From NCBI GenBank assembly GCA_001002325.1, contig LCNZ01000001.1, positions 67,773-131,772 of the forward strand: 64,000 nucleotides of DNA. The letters run 5' to 3'. The DNA comes from Candidatus Amesbacteria bacterium GW2011_GWB1_47_19. GTDB taxonomy: Bacteria; Patescibacteriota; Microgenomatia; CAZETR01; Amesbacteraceae. A program made the translations under genes and the position numbers. Position 1 is the first letter of the stretch. Each line of letters opens with the position of its first letter. This document shows positions 56,770 through 64,000 of this stretch, in pieces. The notes below the pieces were generated by a model that saw nothing but the letters and a program-made list of their open reading frames with translations, did not search any database and had not been told where the DNA came from.

Positions 56770-58539
56770 ATGAGAAATAAAATATTCTGGCTGGGACTGG
56801 CGGTCCTGGTACTTTGGGGAAGTACGAAAGTTAAAGCGGAGGAATGCGATAACCCCGGGAGTCTGACGGATCCGGTGGTGATAGCCCAATGCATAGGTAA
56901 ATACAACGGGATACTGGATGCAATAGCCAAAGCGAATTCGACGAACAGGCAGGCTTTACAGGCAGTGCAGGCACAGATAGGGAGACTGCAGGCACAAATA
57001 AAGCTGCTGGAAATCCAGGTGGACAAGTTGGGGAAGGATGTTTTTGAGCGGGAGGTAACTGTGGGAGTGAAGGAGGAATTACTGGCGGCCAAAGTCCGGA
57101 CAGATTACGTGCGAAAGAAAGACCAGGGAGTACTGCTGATGTTTTTTTCCGAAAACAGAGCGGGTGTGTTTTTCCGAGATCTGGCTTACAGAGAAAAACT
57201 TGCCCGGATGGACCAGGAAACAATTATCGCTGTGGGAAAGGAAATTAGTGACCTCAAGTCGCAAGCCGCAAGGCTCAAATCACAAAAGGACAGCCTGGGG
57301 AGTTTGAAAGTAAAGGTGGACAAGCAGGCAGCTTTTCTGGCGGCGGAAGTGGAGAAGGCGAGCAAGTATGAGGTGGATCTGGGAGGGAAAATATCGGCGC
57401 TGACAGCGCGACAACAGCAGCTGTTGGCTGAAAAAACCGGAACTTATGCGACTTCGGTGGGAGATGTACCGCTGGCGGATGATCCGGCAGCCAGGCCCGA
57501 TTACAATCCGGGTTTTTCACCGGCTTTTGCGGTATTTTCATTCGGCGCGCCGCATTTTAAAGGAATGAGCCAGTACGGAGCGTTCGGAAGAGCCAAGAAC
57601 GGACAGAATTACAGGCAGATACTGGAAGCGTATTACGGCCAGGTGGAGATAAGGAAAGTTAATGTGCCGGGAACAATCAGAACATCAGCGGGGAATATGG
57701 CGTTTGAAGGCAGATATTTGCGGGGAATCGCGGAAATGCCGACGGTGTGGGCGGACCAGGGGGGATATGAAGCGTTGAAAGCCCAGGCAGTAGCGGCCAG
57801 AAGTTACGCACTGGCTTATACCGGGTGGCGGATGGGAAGCCAAAACGCCTCCGGCAGTATTTGCGTGACCGAGGCCTGCCAGGTTTTTCGAAGCAGTAAA
57901 GCGGATAACCCGGGGCGATGGGGGGATGCAGTGAGAGAAACAGACAGTGAGATAGTGGTGAGTAAAACATCCGGTGAAATAGTGAATACCTGGTATGCCA
58001 GCACATCAGGAGGTTACCAGAAAGGCTATTCCGGACTGGGACACACAACACCGGGATTTTGGGATACGACATCCGATTGGACAAGGTGGGCGGAGGGAGC
58101 GTGGGAAGTAAAAGGCGGGTCTCCATGGTTTTATAAGGGATGGTATAAATCCCGAAGCGGAAAAACCTGCGGCAGAAATCATCCGTGGCTGACAACAGCC
58201 GAGTTTGCGGATATCACGAACGCGGCGATTGTGGTGGCCAACGGGGGAGATACCAGCGGAATATTTCCGGAAGATGTACGCAGCTGCTGGGGGGACGGGG
58301 ATAATCCCTGGTCCAAGTCCAGACTGGCTGAGGAAGCCGGCAAACACGGAGGAGCGGTAAACCAAGTATCCGGAATAAGAGTAGAGCATGCCAGTTCCGG
58401 GGGAACCGATAAAGTAATCCTCTCTACAAACAGGGGGGAAGTGGTTATTTCCGGAGCGAATTTTTACCGGGCGTTTAATCTACGGGCTCCCGGAGCTTTA
58501 GCTTTGAAATCGTACCTGTTTAATGTTGAGAAGAAGTGA
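56770..58539 (+). CDS. Secreted coiled-coil + SpoIID/LytB domain lytic transglycosylase
   Basis: Signal peptide, long coiled coil, GMSQYGA, YLRGIAE, EALKAQAVAARSYA, CVTEACQVF. Confidence 0.88.
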   Translation: MRNKIFWLGLAVLVLWGSTKVKAEECDNPGSLTDPVVIAQCIGKYNGILDAIAKANSTNRQALQAVQAQIGRLQAQIKLLEIQVDKLGKDVFEREVTVGVKEELLAAKVRTDYVRKKDQGVLLMFFSENRAGVFFRDLAYREKLARMDQETIIAVGKEISDLKSQAARLKSQKDSLGSLKVKVDKQAAFLAAEVEKASKYEVDLGGKISALTARQQQLLAEKTGTYATSVGDVPLADDPAARPDYNPGFSPAFAVFSFGAPHFKGMSQYGAFGRAKNGQNYRQILEAYYGQVEIRKVNVPGTIRTSAGNMAFEGRYLRGIAEMPTVWADQGGYEALKAQAVAARSYALAYTGWRMGSQNASGSICVTEACQVFRSSKADNPGRWGDAVRETDSEIVVSKTSGEIVNTWYASTSGGYQKGYSGLGHTTPGFWDTTSDWTRWAEGAWEVKGGSPWFYKGWYKSRSGKTCGRNHPWLTTAEFADITNAAIVVANGGDTSGIFPEDVRSCWGDGDNPWSKSRLAEEAGKHGGAVNQVSGIRVEHASSGGTDKVILSTNRGEVVISGANFYRAFNLRAPGALALKSYLFNVEKK

Positions 58540-58602
58540 TTGTTATTAGTTATTAGTTGTTCGTTGATCGTAAGAATCGGGTGGGGATGGTAAAATTCAG
58601 TG

Positions 58603-59334
58603 ATGCCGGATGTGTATACGGCCAGAAAAACCGGAGAGCCGGAACCACCAATACCAACAGTACCCTTGCCGGTAAGGGAAGAAGCTATAGGAAAGGTGCT
58701 GGAGCCATTGTCCGAGGAAAGAAGCCCTGATTACTGGAGGAAGATTACAGACCGAGTGTTACGGGAGGCGGGGGAGTCTCCCCGCAGAGTGGTGTATGGG
58801 GCGTATCACGTGAGGCCGCGCGAGAGGTTTATTATGCAGCAACAGGATGAGGAGATAGTGCTCCTGCTGCGGGCACACCCGATTACCAATGCAGGATGGA
58901 TGGTAATGGTATTGGTGATGCTTATAATCCCTTCACTGCTATCGGTAATCGGGATATTCGGCGGGGTAGACTGGAGATTTGTATTTATGGGGAAAATGGC
59001 CTGGTACCTGGTGATTACAGCCGTGGCTTTTGAGAAGTTTCTGTACTGGTACTACACCTTGTTTTTGGTGACCAATGAACGGCTGGTGGATATTGATTTT
59101 AATAATCTGCTGCAGAGAGTTATGACGTATGCCAATCTGAACCATATTGAGGAGCCGACGATGATGACCGGGGGATTTATCCGGTCCCTTTTTCAGTACG
59201 GGGATGTGCATATTACCACGGCGTCAGAAGCGCCGACTATCGAGGCGCTGGCTGTACCCTGGCCGCATAAAGTGATTGATATTATCAGTCGGTTATCCGA
59301 GGAGCTGGAAAAAAGAAGGGAGAGGGGGGAGTAG
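58603..59334 (+). CDS. Membrane-flanked bacterial PH (bPH_2-like) domain protein
   Basis: EEIVLLLRAHP, two TMs, LVTNERLVD, FQYGDVHITTA. Confidence 0.8.
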   Translation: MPDVYTARKTGEPEPPIPTVPLPVREEAIGKVLEPLSEERSPDYWRKITDRVLREAGESPRRVVYGAYHVRPRERFIMQQQDEEIVLLLRAHPITNAGWMVMVLVMLIIPSLLSVIGIFGGVDWRFVFMGKMAWYLVITAVAFEKFLYWYYTLFLVTNERLVDIDFNNLLQRVMTYANLNHIEEPTMMTGGFIRSLFQYGDVHITTASEAPTIEALAVPWPHKVIDIISRLSEELEKRRERGE

Positions 59335-59336
59335 GA

Positions 59337-59570
59337 ATGGATCAGGTAATTTTATCCCTGGCGAAAGGATTTAATCCGGAAAAAATCGTAAAGGGGTTTT
59401 TTGTGGCGGGACTTTTGATGTATTGTGCTTTTGCCCTGATAATAGTACGTCAGACCGGAGTGATGAGCGAGACCATTGAGGCCAAATATAACGGAGTTTT
59501 AAGAGCTTTTGCCTGGATACATTTACTGATGGCGGTGGGGTTGGTGGCGGTGGCAGTGGTGATTTTGTAA
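59337..59570 (+). CDS. Small two-TM membrane protein
   Basis: Y..FALIIVRQ..VM..TI between hydrophobic helices. Confidence 0.7.
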   Translation: MDQVILSLAKGFNPEKIVKGFFVAGLLMYCAFALIIVRQTGVMSETIEAKYNGVLRAFAWIHLLMAVGLVAVAVVIL

Positions 59571-59608
59571 AAAACAGATAGTGGGAATGTGGTATTCTTG
59601 AAGCTGGA

Positions 59609-61462
59609 ATGCAGGTCAGAGTCGGGAAAATCGTCGGACGGCTGGGGGGTAGGTGGTGGGGCCAGGTGCATGACTATACGCCGGTGACAGAAGAAGGAAG
59701 CGGCGGGACTGAAAAAGGTCGGCTGGTGGCTGTGCTGGGTTTTGAGAGAGGAGTGGATGAAGGACAGGTGGGATTGGCAGAAGCGGGGCGGGAAATTCTG
59801 GCCAGGGTGCATGAGATGTATTACGGAGGAGAAGAGTCCGGACTGGCGGGAGTGCGCCGGGCAGTGAATGAAGTGGCCGGGGAATTTTCGGGAGCGGAAG
59901 TCGGGTGCATTGTACTGAAGGATGGAGTGATTTATGCAGCGGCGGGTCCGGGGGTGGGAATATGGGTGAGAAACAAAGATAAAGAGGGATGGCTCATAAG
60001 AGCAGGTGAACCAGAAAGCGGGAGAGTGGAAGTGATGGGGTATAGCGGGAAGATGACCGGGGATATGACGGTGGTGATGGGGAACAGCAGATTCTGGCAG
60101 AGCGTGCCGGAGGGAATGCTGAGAGCTGTGGTGACAAATTTGAACGGGGAAATGCAGTCGGCTGTGGAAACGCTGGCAGCGGTGGAACACGGGAGCGATA
60201 AAGGAGGAGGAGAAGTAGGAACAATAATAAAGATATCGGGAATGGGAGAGGAGAAAGGAGAAAGGAGAGATGAGAAAGAGTTGAAAAGGCCGGATTTTAG
60301 AAACCGGGCGGGCAGACTGTGGGGCAGGCTGCGGGAAAAATGGCCCCGGTCGGGAGTAGTGTATGTGGGGTACCAAGATAAAACCAAAGCGAGGAAAAGG
60401 ACCGCTTATGCGGGTTTGGGATTTATGGCCGTAGTGCTGGTGCTTGTGGGAGGGGGAAGAATCGCCAGTCAGAAAAAAGCCAGGGAAATGGGAATGGAGA
60501 GAGAGGCAGTAGCCCAGGTGACGGAAAAATTCCAACAGGCGAAAGTGCTGGTGGATATGAATCCGGTGAGGAGCCGGGAACTGTTGGCCGAAGTGGGAGA
60601 AGCGGTGAAACAACTGGAGAGCCAAAATGTAAAAAACGAAGATTTGGAGAGAATAAAAGAGGAGATAGGTGAGGTGCTGGGCGCGGCGTCCGGAGTAAAG
60701 CAGGCGGAGGCCAGGGAAGTGGTAAATCTGAACCTGGTGCGGGAGGGAATGGTCGGGAAGCAGCTGACAGGCAGCGGAGAAAAATTGTTGGTGCTGGATG
60801 ATGAGGGCAGCAGACTGACGGAGATAAATCCGAGGACCGGAGCGGCAAAGGTGATAGCGGGGCCGGAAAGTCTGGGACAAGCCAGACTGGTAGCACTGGA
60901 GGAGGAAAAAGTTGCGGTATTTGCGGATAAGGGAGTGGTAGTGTGCGCGATAAGGGGGTGGAAATGTGCGACAGAGATCGGGAAGGATGACGAATGGGGG
61001 GAAATTAAACACATAGGTATATTCGGAGGCGGTGTATATCTTTTGGACAGCGGTAAGGGAAAAATCTGGAAGTATCCTGCGACGGAGAACGGATTTGGAA
61101 AGAAAAAGGAATGGACAGGCGGAGTAGAGGGGGGTACGAGTATGGCAATAGACGGCAGTATCTGGCTAATGTCCGGTACGGAGTTGAGGAAATATACTTC
61201 GGGAGAGAGGGAGACTTTTGAGGTAACCGGACCGGATAAGAACTGGGGAGGACGCGCGCAGGCGTATACCGCATGGGGGTTGGAAAATCTGTATATTCTG
61301 GATGGGGAAAACAAGCGGGTGGTAATATTGAAAAAGAACGGAGAATATATAGGACAGATGGTGAGCGATAAATTGGAACATGCCACAAGTATGGTAGCCG
61401 ACGAGGCAGGAAAGAAAATATTCTGGGTGGCTAGGAGCCAAGTGTGGGAGGCAGGGATGTGA
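59609..61462 (+). CDS. Membrane protein: degenerate PP2C-like N-terminus, TM, helical stalk, C-terminal beta-propeller
   Basis: Central TM; VYLLD..GKIWKY, MAIDGSIW, LYILD..NKRVV blades. Confidence 0.7.
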   Translation: MQVRVGKIVGRLGGRWWGQVHDYTPVTEEGSGGTEKGRLVAVLGFERGVDEGQVGLAEAGREILARVHEMYYGGEESGLAGVRRAVNEVAGEFSGAEVGCIVLKDGVIYAAAGPGVGIWVRNKDKEGWLIRAGEPESGRVEVMGYSGKMTGDMTVVMGNSRFWQSVPEGMLRAVVTNLNGEMQSAVETLAAVEHGSDKGGGEVGTIIKISGMGEEKGERRDEKELKRPDFRNRAGRLWGRLREKWPRSGVVYVGYQDKTKARKRTAYAGLGFMAVVLVLVGGGRIASQKKAREMGMEREAVAQVTEKFQQAKVLVDMNPVRSRELLAEVGEAVKQLESQNVKNEDLERIKEEIGEVLGAASGVKQAEAREVVNLNLVREGMVGKQLTGSGEKLLVLDDEGSRLTEINPRTGAAKVIAGPESLGQARLVALEEEKVAVFADKGVVVCAIRGWKCATEIGKDDEWGEIKHIGIFGGGVYLLDSGKGKIWKYPATENGFGKKKEWTGGVEGGTSMAIDGSIWLMSGTELRKYTSGERETFEVTGPDKNWGGRAQAYTAWGLENLYILDGENKRVVILKKNGEYIGQMVSDKLEHATSMVADEAGKKIFWVARSQVWEAGM

Positions 61463-61463
61463 G

Positions 61464-61898
61464 ATGAAGGTAAATAATAGAAAGGCCAGGTTTAACTACG
61501 AAATCGGGGAAAAGTGCGAAGCGGGGATTGAGCTGAAGGGGCCGGAAGTTAAATCGGCCAAGCTGGGCCAGGCGGATCTAGGAAACGCCTTTATTAAAAT
61601 TTTGGCTTCTAAATTCAAAAATCAAAAAGAGGCTTGGGTGTATAACCTGCATATCTTCCCGTATAAATATGCGGATAATACGAATTACGACCCGGCGCGG
61701 CCCAGAAAACTACTGCTGCACCAGAAGGAAATAGTTCAGCTGTTGTCTAAAATGAAACAAAGCAGGCGGTTATTGGTACCCACGGCAATGTACACAAAAA
61801 GCGGTCTAGTAAAAGTTGAAGTAGCGCTGGCGAGAGGCAAGAAAAAATACGAGAAGAGGGAAGCGATAAAGAAGAGGGATGAGCAGAGGGGAGGATAA
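61464..61898 (+). CDS. smpB: SsrA-binding protein SmpB
   Basis: NRKARFNY, EAGIELKGPEVKS, RKLLLH, ARGKKKYEKRE. Confidence 0.97.
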   Translation: MKVNNRKARFNYEIGEKCEAGIELKGPEVKSAKLGQADLGNAFIKILASKFKNQKEAWVYNLHIFPYKYADNTNYDPARPRKLLLHQKEIVQLLSKMKQSRRLLVPTAMYTKSGLVKVEVALARGKKKYEKREAIKKRDEQRGG

Positions 61899-63093
61899 AG
61901 TGAGCAGAAAATGGAAGTGGGTAATGGTGGGAGGATACTGGCTGGTGATGTGCCTGATAGCAACGGAGTGGGTACTTAAATTGGGGGGACTGCGAAATTT
62001 TGTAGTGGGTACTGATTTTAGAAGTTTTTATGCGGGTGGAAAGCTGGTGGTGTACGGGGATCGGGAAAAACTATTTACCACCGGGGAACAGTGGAAATGG
62101 CAGGAGAATGAATGGCCGGGGCTAAAAGAGGGGGGAGTGTTGCATTTTGCCAATCCACCCTGGGTGGCGGCGATCATGGGGTGGCTGACTTTCCGACCGA
62201 TGGAACAAGCATATCTGATATGGGCAGTATTTAATCTGGCGGTATGGGTGTGGGTGGTGTATTCGCTGTGCAGTGAAGTAAGGGGTGAAGGGGAAAGAAG
62301 ATGGTGGTGGGTGGCCGCATTGTCAGTCTTTCCGCCGGCTGTAATAGCGTGGTTTCACGGACAGTTTTCAATTATTTTGGTGGCGGTGATTTTGGCGGCC
62401 GGCAGAAGGTTTAAAGATAACAGGGATATGGCTGGGGGAATCACACTTTCATTGCTATCTATTAAACCCCAATTACTGATACTGCCGGTTTTGGTGCTGG
62501 CGGTGCAAAGGAGATGGAAAGCATTGGGTGGGCTGGCTGCAGGTTTGGGAGGGTTGGGTGTTATATCCCTGAGGATAGTCGGCAGCGAAGGGTTGATCCG
62601 CTATGGAGAGTTATTGACCAGATTTTGGGGATGGAGAGAAAAATACGGGGTTAATCCGGCCAGAATGCACAACTGGAGAGGGGAAACATATTTGTGGCTG
62701 GGGGACAGCCGGGCGGGAATGATTTTGTGGCTGGCGGGGATTGCCGCAGCGGCAGTGTGGCTGGTGTGGGTGTGGAGAAAGAGAGAAACCGGGAAGAGAT
62801 TTTACGGCCAATTTACCCTGCTGGTTTTGAGCATGATATGGATAGGGCCGTATACGAATTACCATGACCTGGCGGTATTAGCCATACCAGCAGTATGGGG
62901 TTATGTGTTTGTATCCGATACAGCAAAAAATAAAAAGGGAGTAATGTTGAAGATTTTAGTGGCAGGGTTTTTTCTGGTGTCGAATATCAGTCCGGTATTG
63001 GGAGTGTTTTTCCCGATTCAGTTAAGTGTATTGGCAGTGGGGGGGTATCTGGTGTGGCTTTCCTGGATTTACAGAGGAGCGAAAGCCGCATGA
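61879..63093 (+). CDS. Glycosyltransferase family 87 (GT-C) protein
   Basis: GTDFRSFY, FANPP, HGQFS, SIKPQ, YHDL; many TMs. Confidence 0.85.
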   Translation: MSRGEDKVSRKWKWVMVGGYWLVMCLIATEWVLKLGGLRNFVVGTDFRSFYAGGKLVVYGDREKLFTTGEQWKWQENEWPGLKEGGVLHFANPPWVAAIMGWLTFRPMEQAYLIWAVFNLAVWVWVVYSLCSEVRGEGERRWWWVAALSVFPPAVIAWFHGQFSIILVAVILAAGRRFKDNRDMAGGITLSLLSIKPQLLILPVLVLAVQRRWKALGGLAAGLGGLGVISLRIVGSEGLIRYGELLTRFWGWREKYGVNPARMHNWRGETYLWLGDSRAGMILWLAGIAAAAVWLVWVWRKRETGKRFYGQFTLLVLSMIWIGPYTNYHDLAVLAIPAVWGYVFVSDTAKNKKGVMLKILVAGFFLVSNISPVLGVFFPIQLSVLAVGGYLVWLSWIYRGAKAA

Positions 63094-63402
63094 ATAAAGT
63101 GAACAGCAGGCAGCGGTGGATGGGAGTGATAGCGGTCCAGAAGTTTTATAAATCGGAAGAACAGTTGGCATGGCAGGGGGTGGGCATAATTAATGTTACT
63201 ACCGGGCAAAAGGGGGAGAGCTGTGGTATAACTGGTGGCTGGTCGGAGCGGGAGCGGTTCTGGTGACGGCGATATTAATTTGGAGGAAATGAGTGGGAAT
63301 TGGGTGGCAATACTGGTGCCGATTCAACTGAGTGTGATATGGATGGCGGGGATGTTGGGGATGGCTTTTTGGAGAGAAACGAGGCGGTCGGGGTCAGGTT
63401 AG
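63090..63402 (+). pseudogene. Collapsed remnant of a tandem GT87 paralog
   Basis: Colinear patches QKFYKSEEQLAWQ, WWLVGAGAVLVTAILIWRK, VPIQLSV matching the upstream gene, in changing frames. Confidence 0.65.
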
Positions 63403-63412
63403 GCATTTAACG

Positions 63413-63785
63413 TGGTGGAGATGGGGGGAGTTGAACCCCCGTCTGAAATGGTCTGAAAATCCGGTTGTACAAGCTTTTTGTCCGATGAAGGACGGTTTGC
63501 AGTTAGTGGTCTTGGCTGAAGCGAGTCTAACTACAGTACTGCTGCAGCGCACCCCGATTGGTTTTCGCCTTGATAATGCAGTCGGGGAAGCAAAATTAAG
63601 ACGCTCTTCGTTCCAGCTTAAGCGAATGCGTACGCAGAACGAGAGATGAAAGGATTGATCTTGGCGACCAATTCTCCCACACGTGCTTTTAAGTCAGCAC
63701 TTTAGGTTGAACCTGATTTACGAGTAGTGTTCGAACTCGGCTTGCCGAATTTAAAGGTGCCAATTCATCGATGCCCGGCATCCCC
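63413..63785 (-). ncRNA. ssrA: tmRNA
   Basis: 5' GGGGATG and 3' GGGGGTTCAACTCCCCCCATCTCCACCA with G3.U70 pair; tag frame ADLKARVGELVAKINPFISRSAYAFA* (63698-63618); smpB nearby. Confidence 0.95.
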
Positions 63786-63856
63786 AAGATGACCATATTG
63801 TACCACAATATAGCCTTGAGTGGAAGAGCGGGAGAGTAGAAGAGTATAAGTGAAGT

Positions 63857-64000
63857 ATGGACTGGATGGATTTGGTTTTTCCTAAGAAATGTGTGGGTTG
63901 CGGACATTGGGGAAAATATGTGTGCGATAGTTGTGAAGTAGGCCTGTGGGAGGAGGAACAAATATGCCCGATTTGCGCGCGGGCATCGCGGTACGGATTG
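63857..64000 (+). CDS. comF: ComF family protein, N-terminal zinc-ribbon (partial, runs off the window)
   Basis: Hand translation MDWMDLVFPKKCVGCG...VCDSC...ICPIC. Confidence 0.8.
   Translation, partial: MDWMDLVFPKKCVGCGHWGKYVCDSCEVGLWEEEQICPICARASRYGL

Noticed and set aside
59450-61386. Long antisense ORFs (520 aa and 305 aa) and similar shadows such as 3573-4373
   Set aside because: They mirror purine-rich real genes on the opposite strand, have low-complexity composition and carry no motifs
63431-63961. ORFs 63431-63649 and 63689-63961
   Set aside because: They overlap tmRNA and the comF start

Overview
Core chromosomal region of a Patescibacteria (CPR) genome, most likely Microgenomates-like (inferred from gene content; standard code 11), spanning the replication origin (rpmH-dnaA-oriC-dnaN). 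It holds a surface-glycosylation cluster, a free-standing LAGLIDADG gene beside tRNA-Cys, a P-type ATPase, a BrnT/BrnA toxin-antitoxin pair, groES/groEL with a CIRCE-like operator, a tsaC-tsaE fusion plus tsaD and valS, and the yidC/rnpA operon. It ends with smpB, tmRNA and the start of comF. The main accessory feature is a ~19.4 kb minus-strand VirB4/PrgI/VirB6-type secretion locus with nine tandem VirB2/TrbC-like pilins (one carrying a beta-defensin-like Cys domain), a large Cys-rich protein with a lysozyme-like end, a giant doubly frameshifted protein with a G23 tract and an M23-like end, and an inverted orphan gene. Three patterns recur across the window: short 7-bp and 8-bp tandem-repeat tracts and palindromic mini-elements read in frame inside genes; TANNNT boxes 6-7 nt upstream of many start codons (leaderless-type architecture); and recombination or deletion scars. 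All product calls come from motif recognition by eye; no database search was run.
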